Positions 54,701-61,012 of a stretch of DNA of 64,000 nucleotides are shown piece by piece. A model generated the notes under the pieces. The model was not told the DNA's origin. It worked only from the letters and a program-made list of their open reading frames with translations, and did no database searches. Each line of letters starts with the position of its first letter. The stretch's first letter is position 1. Where the stretch lies: contig CM075993.1 in NCBI GenBank assembly GCA_038087875.1, forward strand, positions 372,001 through 436,000, written 5' to 3'. This DNA comes from Malacoraja senta (lineage: Eukaryota). The translations under genes and the position numbers were made by a program.

Positions 54701-57700
54701 TAGTGCAGCCCATGGAGTGCAGCAGCGCCTCGCCTGTGGCCCCGTCGGTCGGCAGCCTGGCCAGCTGTCCTACCGCCTACACCACCAATTGGACCAGCTG
54801 AATTTTCTCTCACCTGCCAAGGCTCAGAGAACCATTTTGTCATGTCTTCTAGTGTTGAATCACCGTCCAGTACCAATTATATAGACAGCATGCAAGGCAA
54901 TGACCAGACTAGTTTACAATATTGCTCTGGATCAAACAACCTTCAAGTACAGGTACTCAGCCTCGCATTCAAATACAGATAACCATTTTGTCTCTAAAGT
55001 GCTGGAATAACTCAGGTCAGGCAGCATCTCTTCTTCAGACTGAAGGGTCTCAGCCCGAAACATCACTTATTCATGGTCTCCAGAGATGTTGCCTGACCAG
55101 TTACTCCAGCACTTTGTGCCTTTTTTATTAAACCAGCATCTGCAGCTCCTTATGTCTTGATATACCAGACCATCTTTTAAGCAGGCAACCGAGGGATACA
55201 GACAATGCACAAGCAGATAGGATTGGCATCAAGGTAGGAAATACAAATACAGAAAACTTTTCAGGAACATTAGTTTGGAGTGTTGTAGACACCACTCAAG
55301 TTGCAAAAAATAAACTTCCAAAATGAATGCAAGTTCATACAAGGTGATGCACATCCAAAAATGCATCCACGCTCTGCCACAGAGATACAACTGATCTAAT
55401 TATTATTCTACACACTCCAGACAGACCCACCAATAGTTCACTTTATAACTTGGGCCAATTTTTCTGAACTATAACTTCAGGATTTCTAGTTCTGGCACAC
55501 CACCAAGAGCAAAACTCAAAGTCGTCTTAAAGTTCAAGTGTCAAGTGTTTAATTGTCATATGCACCAGGAATGGGACAATGACGTCCTTGGAAATGGGAT
55601 AATCAAGCTTCTCAACCATTGTTTATTTCTCTTTGCATCAATGTTTTACCCAAAGGTTCACGTTATTCTGAGGGATGGTTTTGGCTGAACTATATACTCC
55701 AGTACCTTGGGAGAGAAATAATATTTAATGGTTCATGCAATTTCAGAATCAGAGTCACATAAAGTTCTCATAAATATTAAACACTGGAGGAACTCGATGG
55801 ATCAAATAGCGACTGTGGAGAAAAAGGAATTGCACGAGTCCTGATGTAGGGTCCCGACGCAAAACGTCATCTAACCTTTTTCTTCAGAGATGTTGCATGA
55901 CCACTGAGATACTCAAGCACTGTGTGTCTATCTTTGGTATAAAGCACTATCTGCAGTTCTTTGTTTCTACATTCTTTGCCTTATCTGCCAATACTAATAG
56001 ATTCAATGTATATTACGAGCAAAAGGGCAAAGAGGGAGAGAATAATTAATGCTCCAGTGTCATTTAATGTGCGTCGACCCATGGATATGGGAGAGTCTCA
56101 AGTTAATATTTATTTTCTATAATTACATAAAGATCATGGAAGCTATGGAATTCAAGAAAGAGAGTAGTGATGCAAGGATACCTTGGAACAAGTGTTCAAC
56201 GTAGCCAACAAAGCCAGAATCAGTCAAATAAAGCTCTCACAAATATAAAACACTGGAGGAACTCGATGGAACAAATAGCGACTGTAGAGGAAAAAGAATT
56301 GCACGAGTCCTGATGTAGGGTCCTCATCTTGGTCCTAAAAGATTTCCCCCTTATCCTTAAACTGTGACCCCTTGTCCTGGACTTCCCCAACATCGGGAAT
56401 AATCTTCCTGCATCTAGCCTGTCCAACCCCTTAAGAATTTTGTAAGTTTTTATAAGATCCCCCCTCAATCCTCTAAATTCTAGCGGGTACAAGCCGAGTC
56501 TATCCAGTCTTTCTTCATATGAAAGTCCTGACATCCCAGGAATCAGTCTGGTGAACCTTCTCTGTACTCCCTCTATGGCAAGAATGTCTTTCCTCAGATT
56601 TGGAGACCAAAACTGTACGCAATACTCCAGGTGGTCTCACCAAGACCCTGTACAACTGCAGTAGAACCTCCCTGCTCCTATACTCAAATCCTTTTGCTAT
56701 GAATGCTAACATACCATTCGCTTTCTTCACTGCCTGCTGCACCTGCATGCCTACTTTCAATGACTGGTGTACCATGACACCCAGGTCTCGTTGCATCTCC
56801 CCTTTTCCTAATCGGCCACCATTCAGATAATAGTCTACTTTCCTGTTTTTGCCACCAAAGTGGATAACCTCACATCTATCCACATTATACTGCATCTGCC
56901 ATGCATTTGCCCACTCACCGAGCCTATCCAAGTCACCTTGCAGCCTCTTAGCATCCTCCTCACAGCTAACACTGCCCCCCAGCTTCGTGTCATCCGCAAA
57001 CTTGGAGATGTTGCATTCAATTCCCTCGACCAAATCATTAATATATATTGTAAATAGCTGGGATCCCAGCACAGAGCCTTGCGGTACCCCACTAGTCACT
57101 GCCTGCCATTCTGAAAAGGACCCGTTTACTCCTACTCTTTGCTTCCTGTTTGCCAGCCAGTTCTCTATCCACATCAATACTGAACCCCCAATACCATGTG
57201 CTTTAAGTTTGTATACTAATCTCTTATGTCATCTAACCTTTTCCTCCAGAGATGTTGCATGACCACTGATCTCTTATGTCATTTAACCTTTTCCTCCAGA
57301 GATGTTGCATGACCACTGAGATACTTAATACATTTGCAGATTTAATACACAAGAATATCATTGTCCACAAATGCTTTCTTGTCATTGACATCCGTTGAAC
57401 ACGAATGGCAGATGTAAATCCAATCAGGAGCTTGGTATCTTCACAGCTTAGTACTGAAGTAGAATTCAATTTCAGCACTAAATCATCCTCTTTCGGGGAA
57501 TAATTTGCCACCAAGCTAACTCTACAAATAATTCTTCCCAAATATTTCACTATTCGATTTATAACTTAAAATTGAACAACTGTTGTAATGTGAAATCAGC
57601 AAATGCACAACATACTGTTTAGATTTCTGACAGACCACCATGTTCTACAACTGCAGATGGTTCAAGCAAAATATAACTGTACTAGAGTCAATGAACAACA

Positions 57701-60179
57701 AAGGGTCATCTTCAGTGCTTATTATAACTGCAGCAGAACTTCAGCTTTAAAGGTTCCCTAATTCCAGTGATAAATGACTTTTTACTCCAAAATGTTGCTG
57801 ATCAGGACAAAACCAAAGTCAGCAGTGAGCTTGTTAACAATTTCACTTGTGGCAGTAAAGGGCAAGGCACCTAGGTCATCCTAGATTCCTGCGTTGGAGA
57901 TCAACACCAGATCCCGAGGTTGCAAACGATAACATTCCTGCCCCTCCATTTAAATCGTTGTTTTTCCTTCTCCAATCTCCTCCATAAGCAAACAATCTGC
58001 TCCCCTCACTCTGACCTTTTGTGAAACCCACCCTCCAGGCCTCGTACTCCATTCCTTAGTCAGCATTACGCGTTTTATTTACACACAGAATCTTGTCTAG
58101 GTACAGGATTTTTTTAACATAAATGGCAGCATGTAAATTTTCACACGTACAATGTATTGTTAACAATTCCAGGAAACTACCCCAAAAGTTGCACCAATTC
58201 TAACTGGCAGTGACTGCACCGTATACAAAATGTTTGCACAAAGGAATTTCCAGCCCACACAACTTTACAGAATTTGGTCACATTCACACTTACTGAAAGC
58301 TCTCAGTCCTGCCATAAACAGTATTCCAAGTACAATCAGGCAAAGCACTAAGAGACATCAGCTTCAACAAAACCTTGGCAATCTAGAATAGTTTCCCAGA
58401 AACCCAGTGTACAAGTCACTGCATTGAATCAAGACATTCACCTCCACATACAGGAACCTAAAAATCATTAAAATAAGGTTCACTCCCCAATCACACAGCC
58501 ACTAAAAGCAAACTACTTTGTTGATTCTGGCTCACTCCCTTCAGATTGACATCAGGACAGGGACAAAACAGTACATTACTGGGCTGTATTATTATTGCAT
58601 TGCAATGTCAACATTAATTCTGTATCAACTAGTCATCCAGTTTATCATTGAAGAGAGTGATTCATTAATGCATTGGTTCGTAAATCAGGTCTGTTCAAGA
58701 CCCTGGTTGTTTAAAACAACGTAATTAATCTAAAAATAAGCGCAGTAAAAAACACATTCCTACAAAGCAAGATAGGGCAAATCTGCCTCACTCAAAACAA
58801 CTCATTTAACTGCTGAAACACCCAAGCACATCACTACTCTTCCCACCATAATTTCGAGGTTGGGACTGGCTCCACTCAAAATTACTCCCAAATCCCCACA
58901 GACAATAGCTCTCAAATCAGCAGAATCAGTCATGCTAGTGCAACATACTCAGAAGTATGAAGAAATTATTAGTGATCTGACCTTCAATTCGTTCCTACTT
59001 ATTTACAGTTCATATTTAAATTCAAATATTTCTAAGATGCAATTGCACCTGGGTCAATATTTCAGGGTGTATTTTGATTATCCTTTTGGAGTCCATCATT
59101 CTTCATTACTGATTCTGCTTCAAAGTACCTTAACTAAACTAGATAAACATTTAAAAACAAACAATAAGAACACAAGCAACCAGATTTCAAATCTCCAATA
59201 CTTCACTCTTGGATCATGGCATTTGAATCAGGAAGTTTTGCAACAGTTTGGTAGCCAGTTGCCGAAAATTGGCCAATGTTTAAAAATGTTAAGCTTTACC
59301 GAAATCTAAAATTGTCATTTGTCTTCCTTGTTTAAAGAAATATTGACTACTGTTCTCCCTCGTGGTCTTGGTAAAAATAGTAAACCAGTACAGGTTGTAA
59401 ATGACCAGGCATCATCTTTCTCATCGGGAGACCCTTGTTTAACCCACATTCGGTTAAATGAGCGTCCGATATTACTCAAGGTAGCCACCGTCTTCAACCA
59501 GTAGTACAACCAACAAACATAGTAAACACCTCTTCCGTCCAACATCTGAGGATTTACTTACTACTACAAATAAGACACATTAAATTCTGTCACTTACCAC
59601 AACAATTCAAGAGACTCAAAGAATACAGGACCGGCGATTAAACTCAGTCATGGAACCATAACTCACTCCGCTCTAACTGCCGTCAGTTCATAAGTCTTTT
59701 TATCAATCTGATTTTTACTTTCATGGTGATGAGATGCTTACGCAGCAGAATTAGTCATCGCACCCTTTCCCTGGTTTCGAAGGCATACCATAAAGTTACA
59801 TCATCGCGCTAAAATTACTTCTAATCTCACCAGTGTCCGGCAACGCCGCCTCTTTCAAATACCGAGCGAAAAAACACCAGGAAGATCCAATAAAGTGATG
59901 CGAGCTGCGAAGTTAAACTTTACAACTACAATGCTGTCGGAACCGCAGCAAGCGGGGTGCTGCCCACCCGACCGGGCGCCTCACACACTCCCGGGTTCAC
60001 CCAACACACACTCCCGAGTTCACTCCTCACACCCCGCGCTCACCCCAAACATGCCAGACCCAAAGAGGGTTGGCGCTGTGCCTGCCACCTCGTTCCCCAA
60101 TCCCTAACCCAGGACCTTGCCCGTCCCAGACCCGCTGCTCCCCGACCTTGCCCACTGCTCCGGCCGCTCGGGCGGACAT
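692..60179 (-). CDS. TJP1: Tight junction protein ZO-1, multi-exon gene model, exons 1-18 (PDZ1-3, SH3, GUK); 3' part lies outside the window
   Basis: 18 exons with GT-AG boundaries splice into one open frame of 2445 nt. The translation matches vertebrate ZO-1 throughout (MSARAA..., [86 protein letters not shown]). Confidence 0.97.
1709..2002 (+). mobile_element. HE1-like V-SINE
   Basis: Near-identical to the copy at 276-580. Confidence 0.85.
2329..2539 (-). CDS. TJP1: TJP1 exon 17 (GUK: [25 protein letters not shown]...KNNHHLFT)
   Basis: tag|GAT...G|gtgagt, 211 bp. Confidence 0.97.
2634..2716 (-). CDS. TJP1: TJP1 exon 16 (GUK: [28 protein letters not shown])
   Basis: cag|GG...AGG|gtaaga, 83 bp. 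Confidence 0.96.
2815..3072. mobile_element. Palindromic short element derived from the Penelope-like terminus
   Basis: Two ~125 bp inverted arms (ggagtaactcagcgg...gcagcatctctggagaacatggataggt / acctatccatgttctccagagatgc...ctgagttactcc). Confidence 0.75.
3399..3494 (-). CDS. TJP1: TJP1 exon 15 (GUK: [32 protein letters not shown])
   Basis: aag|CT...A|gtaagt, 96 bp. Confidence 0.95.
3834..3965. repeat. Tandem duplication, 2 x 66 bp
   Basis: catgaac(t/c)cttggcctgtc..ctgg.tgagtgacaagcagggt...cagcatcc.ggccgtg at 3834 and 3900. Confidence 0.88.
4539..4723 (-). CDS. TJP1: TJP1 exon 14 (U5/HOOK: [13 protein letters not shown]...[11 protein letters not shown])
   Basis: cag|A...G|gtattg, 185 bp. 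Confidence 0.97.
5068..5287 (-). CDS. TJP1: TJP1 exon 13 (SH3: [20 protein letters not shown]...[10 protein letters not shown])
   Basis: cag|TC...AG|gtgcgt, 220 bp. Confidence 0.97.
5749..5857 (-). CDS. TJP1: TJP1 exon 12 (PDZ3: [36 protein letters not shown])
   Basis: cag|GTC...G|gtgagc, 109 bp. Confidence 0.97.
6256..6406 (-). CDS. TJP1: TJP1 exon 11 (PDZ3: [31 protein letters not shown]...GDQILR)
   Basis: cag|G...AGG|gtgagg, 151 bp. Confidence 0.97.
7335..7440 (-). CDS. TJP1: TJP1 exon 10 ([36 protein letters not shown])
   Basis: cag|AG...AG|gtaatt, 106 bp. Confidence 0.96.
7660..7990 (+). mobile_element. Rex1/Babar-type 3' UTR fragment; related copies at ~39560-39680 and ~61130-61415
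   Basis: Matches the 3' end of 41145-41735; tail (taaac)n. Confidence 0.7.
8218..8372 (-). CDS. TJP1: TJP1 exon 9 ([23 protein letters not shown]...EKQAPPLP)
   Basis: cag|T...G|gtctgc, 155 bp; AVSTPVK and EKQ motifs as in ZO-1 U2. Confidence 0.9.
9530..9720 (+). mobile_element. Old Penelope-like C-terminal remnant
   Basis: [20 protein letters not shown] resembles the C-terminal motif of these elements (HLIFRLG.LQP.G.NI.F.NF). Confidence 0.45.
10182..10429 (+). mobile_element. HE1-like V-SINE with internal deletions, nested in a CR1 fragment
   Basis: Same central domain and taaactaaa tail; CR1 sequence on both sides. Confidence 0.8.
10927..11167 (+). repeat. Minisatellite, 7 units of 33/38 bp derived from CR1 ORF2
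   Basis: tggagtgcagaggagattcaccaggatg(c/t)tgcc; units 1 and 3 carry an extra 5 bp. Confidence 0.95.
11975..12690 (-). mobile_element. Degenerate CR1 3' fragment
   Basis: Reverse-strand CR1 3' UTR/ORF2 signature (gaaacaggctgttcggccc..., gaccagaactacacagagcactcc). Confidence 0.6.
12172..12361. mobile_element. Palindromic Penelope-terminus element with a 16-bp TSD, nested in CR1
   Basis: tcaattttatatttgt at 12156-12171 and 12362-12377; internal ctgaagaagggtttcggcccaaaacgtt. Confidence 0.8.
14483..14581. repeat. Degenerate ~20-bp tandem repeat with C-runs (G-runs on the transcribed strand)
   Basis: acaatacaattaacccccc-type unit, about 4 copies. Confidence 0.75.
14607..14754 (-). CDS. TJP1: TJP1 exon 8 ([49 protein letters not shown])
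   Basis: tag|AT...AG|gtagac, 148 bp. Confidence 0.93.
14998..15254 (+). mobile_element. HE1-like V-SINE
   Basis: Same head, central domain and tail. Confidence 0.82.
15372..15540 (-). CDS. TJP1: TJP1 exon 7 (PDZ2: [32 protein letters not shown]...SANASERD)
   Basis: cag|ATC...G|gtaagt, 169 bp. Confidence 0.96.
17055..17870 (-). mobile_element. CR1 ORF2 fragment interrupted by a MITE
   Basis: [28 protein letters not shown] in ORF 17135..17452. Confidence 0.7.
17314..17608. mobile_element. MITE, PIF/Harbinger-like
   Basis: Imperfect terminal inverted repeats aggcctgtcccact...aagagttctcccgagttt / aaactcgggagagctctt...agtggaacaggccc, flanked by taa on both sides. Confidence 0.72.
18115..18218 (-). 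CDS. TJP1: TJP1 exon 6 (PDZ2: [35 protein letters not shown])
   Basis: cag|AG...AAG|gtcagt, 104 bp. Confidence 0.96.
19701..19894. mobile_element. Palindromic Penelope-terminus element with a 17-bp TSD
   Basis: acaat(a/c)tcctcttccag at 19684-19700 and 19895-19911. Confidence 0.8.
20315..20603 (-). CDS. TJP1: TJP1 exon 5 ([12 protein letters not shown]...RS-rich U1 region...[11 protein letters not shown])
   Basis: cag|ACG...G|gtgtgt, 289 bp; lies within ORF 20301..20609. Confidence 0.94.
21480..22305 (+). mobile_element. Degenerate CR1 ORF2 3' part
   Basis: [29 protein letters not shown]; CR1 3' UTR. Confidence 0.75.
22851..22953 (-). CDS. TJP1: TJP1 exon 4 (PDZ1: [34 protein letters not shown])
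   Basis: cag|T...ATT|gtaagt, 103 bp. Confidence 0.96.
23810..24180 (+). mobile_element. CR1 3' fragment
   Basis: [18 protein letters not shown]. Confidence 0.65.
24250..24701 (-). mobile_element. Young CR1/HER1 3' end
   Basis: [33 protein letters not shown]...GESRTG, followed by the CR1 3' UTR. Confidence 0.85.
24966..25090 (-). CDS. TJP1: TJP1 exon 3 (PDZ1: [41 protein letters not shown])
   Basis: cag|GCT...CA|gtaagt, 125 bp. Confidence 0.96.
25640..26260 (-). mobile_element. Probable non-autonomous retroelement, unclassified
   Basis: GC/CpG-rich body ending in aataaag plus a (tatact)n-type microsatellite tail on the minus strand. Confidence 0.45.
26842..27605 (-). mobile_element. L2-clade LINE 3' fragment, well preserved
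   Basis: NLGVIFD...[15 protein letters not shown]...[13 protein letters not shown]...[14 protein letters not shown]...RAFAVAAP; aataaa followed by (ttgac)n tail. Confidence 0.9.
27978..28250 (-). mobile_element. HE1-like V-SINE body; its 3' tail is displaced to 26812-26841 by a 1.1 kb insertion
   Basis: Reverse complement of the HE1 body; tail tttagtttagagatacagcgtagaaaca at 26812-26841; gaaaca duplicated at both junctions. Confidence 0.78.
28381..28473 (+). mobile_element. Single-arm Penelope-terminus element with an intact hammerhead-like core, 7-bp TSD
   Basis: gt-CTGAAGA-a-gggtc-tc-gaccc-GAAA-cg-TC; tccccaa at 28374 and 28474. Confidence 0.75.
28500..29100 (+). mobile_element. Degenerate Penelope-like element fragment
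   Basis: Frameshifted motifs [48 protein letters not shown]. Confidence 0.7.
29461..29517 (-). CDS. TJP1: TJP1 exon 2 ([19 protein letters not shown])
   Basis: tag|AAC...AGG|gtgagt, 57 bp, phase 0/0. Confidence 0.95.
30829..30893 (+). mobile_element. Truncated Penelope-terminus element, 9-bp TSD
   Basis: ttctcaatt at 30820 and 30894; a second copy lies at ~31047-31120. Confidence 0.72.
32265..32570 (-). mobile_element. Old CR1 fragment
   Basis: Reverse-strand CR1 ORF2 3' signature. Confidence 0.5.
33977..34950 (+). mobile_element. Penelope-like element remnant (RT C-terminus, GIY-YIG region, 3' terminal region); nested short element at ~34453-34620
   Basis: Translates to [38 protein letters not shown], then [10 protein letters not shown]; ends in the same terminal sequence as the short elements. 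Confidence 0.78.
34951..35775 (-). mobile_element. Rex1/Babar-like LINE fragment
   Basis: Minus strand [26 protein letters not shown]; tail (tatcg)n. Confidence 0.65.
38917..39021. repeat. 35-bp tandem repeat, ~3 copies
   Basis: agtcc..gtatgacccctgacactca at 38917, 38952 and 38987, plus a short extra gcgtatgacccc. Confidence 0.85.
39045..39235 (+). mobile_element. CR1 ORF2 fragment
   Basis: [16 protein letters not shown]; [21 protein letters not shown]. Confidence 0.65.
40703..40801 (-). mobile_element. Single-arm Penelope-terminus element, 12-bp TSD
   Basis: tgatagaaatac at 40691-40702 and 40802-40813; minus strand reads gtctgaagaagggtctcgacccgaaatatc. Confidence 0.8.
41145..41735 (+). 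mobile_element. Rex1/Babar LINE 3' fragment
   Basis: [33 protein letters not shown]...KKLQRV; 3' UTR ending aaaagcttttcgctgtacctc. Confidence 0.85.
43620..43840 (+). mobile_element. HE1-like V-SINE, 3' truncated
   Basis: gcagtagagttgctgcctcacagcgccagagaccc...ggtttcctcccacactccaaag. Confidence 0.8.
45770..46815 (+). mobile_element. Degenerate Rex1/Babar LINE (endonuclease and RT remnants)
   Basis: [68 protein letters not shown]. Confidence 0.8.
47860..48265 (-). mobile_element. CR1 RT fragment
   Basis: Minus strand [18 protein letters not shown]. Confidence 0.65.
48330..49110 (+). mobile_element. RTEX-like LINE 3' fragment
   Basis: RTLSFKEHL...[17 protein letters not shown]...[13 protein letters not shown]...[17 protein letters not shown]; C-terminal C-x-C...H...C knuckle ([18 protein letters not shown]); (taaa)n tail. 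Confidence 0.8.
50770..51055 (-). mobile_element. CR1 3' fragment
   Basis: [25 protein letters not shown]. Confidence 0.7.
51152..51448. repeat. Source arm of a ~300 bp inverted duplication
   Basis: Reverse complement of 54334-54637; 3 substitutions and 2 small indels by manual comparison. Confidence 0.93.
54245..54800. mobile_element. Probable non-autonomous DNA transposon remnant (host of the inverted insertion)
   Basis: Starts agggttaccaactgtcccgtatt; CpG-rich body continues after the insertion; family not confirmed. Confidence 0.45.
54334..54637. repeat. Inverted copy of 51152-51448, flanked by an 11-bp direct repeat
   Basis: tgttcgagggg at 54324-54334 and 54641-54651. Confidence 0.93.
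54990..55160. mobile_element. Palindromic Penelope-terminus element
   Basis: aaagtgctggaataactcaggtcaggcagcatctc ... gagatgttgcctgaccagttactccagcacttt. Confidence 0.7.
56325..57229 (-). mobile_element. Young CR1/HER1 LINE RT fragment, truncated at both ends
   Basis: [13 protein letters not shown]...[12 protein letters not shown]...YINDL...[11 protein letters not shown]...; one frameshift; no 3' UTR. Confidence 0.93.
57219..57318. repeat. Tandem duplication, 2 x 50 bp, spanning the CR1 junction
   Basis: atctcttatgtcat(c/t)taaccttttcctccagagatgttgcatgaccactg twice. Confidence 0.92.
60147..60179 (-). CDS. TJP1: TJP1 exon 1 coding part ([11 protein letters not shown])
   Basis: Minus strand reads acaagATG TCC GCC CGA GCG GCC GGA GCA GTG GGC AAG|gtcggg. 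Resembles the ZO-1 N-terminus MSARAAAAK, phase 0, inside a CpG island. Confidence 0.9.
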
Positions 60180-60227
60180 CTTGTTTTGCTGGTTGGATCA
60201 GAAACCCCGGCCTGGTTCCGCCGCTCC

Positions 60228-60248
60228 TCACAGGCTCCGGCCGAACAT
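60228..60248 (-). other. Upstream ORF MFGRSL* in the TJP1 leader
   Basis: ggg ATG TTC GGC CGG AGC CTG TGA, ending 48 nt before the main ATG. Confidence 0.55.
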
Positions 60249-60291
60249 CCCAGACGGACGAGGATCTGTCGGCGCTGGTTACCCGCCCGCT

Positions 60292-60407
60292 GCGGTTCCC
60301 CAGTCACTGCGAGCCCGCAGCCCGGTCCCGGCGGCGGCGGTTCCCCAGTCACTGCGAGCCCGCTGCCCGGTCCCGGCAGCGGTTCCCCAGTTACTGCGAG
60401 CCCGCTG
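60292..60407. repeat. GC-rich tandem repeat, 3 copies (periods 45 and 42 bp)
   Basis: gcggttccccagt(c/t)actgcgagcccgc at 60292, 60337 and 60379. Confidence 0.9.
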
Positions 60408-60639
60408 TCGCGGCGGCGGCGAACAACAACAGGGCCCCGGACCAACCCGGCACCTAGCGACCACGGTGAGTGACAGGACAACTGGCCAACCCAGTGCCGC
60501 CGGCACTCCACCATCCAATCAGCAACCTTCTCCGGCGTCTAGGTCCCGCCCTTCACGCCTGCCTCCACCTATCACGCTGCAGTCCGCATGTCAGCCCGAC
60601 CCCCAACGCTTATATATACCCCTGCCTGATCTCCACACA

Positions 60640-61012
60640 GTCCATGCAGTGAGCCAGGCTTCCCCCGATCCACACAGTGAGCCAGGCTTCCCCCGAGCCA
60701 CACAGTGAACCAGTGTCCACCTACCCCTACCCACATAGTGAACCAGTGTCCACCTACCCCCACCCACATAGTGAACCAGGCTTCACCCACACAGTGAACC
60801 AGGCTTCACCCACACAGTGAACCAGGTTTCATCCACTGTGAACCAGGTTTCATCCACACAGTGAACCAGGCTTCACCCACACAGTGAACCAGGTTTCATC
60901 CACACAGTGAACCAGGCTTCACCCACACAGTGAACCAGGCTTCACCCACACAGTGAACCAGGTTTCATCCACACAGTGAACCAGGCTTACCCCACTCACA
61001 CAGTGAACCAAT
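60640..61012. repeat. Minisatellite, ~15 copies of core cagtgaaccag, main unit 23 bp
   Basis: cacacagtgaaccaggcttcacc / cacacagtgaaccaggtttcatc repeated; diverged 28-33 bp units at the start. Confidence 0.92.

Larger units (their letters stand above)
59840..60620 (-). promoter_or_regulatory. CpG island / TJP1 promoter and 5' UTR
   Basis: Sharp rise in GC and CpG around exon 1. CCAAT motif (ccaatcag, 60515), GC box (cccgccc, ~60545), TATA-like tatatataag on the minus strand (~60609-60618). TSS not determined. Confidence 0.8.

Noticed and set aside
56515-57177. 220-aa reverse transcriptase ORF as a functional gene or retron-like system
   Set aside because: Truncated, frameshifted CR1 LINE fragment.
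692-60179. Assignment to TJP2 or TJP3
   Set aside because: The N-terminus, U2 ([18 protein letters not shown]), U5 and GUK sequences match ZO-1 specifically.
59895-60790. Multiple long Pro/Arg/Ala-rich ORFs on both strands
   Set aside because: Expected from GC-rich CpG-island and repeat sequence; only the 33-nt exon 1 matches a known protein.
60640-61012. CRISPR-like array of partly palindromic repeats
   Set aside because: Units are directly adjacent with no unique spacers, there are no cas genes, and the context is vertebrate; it is a minisatellite.
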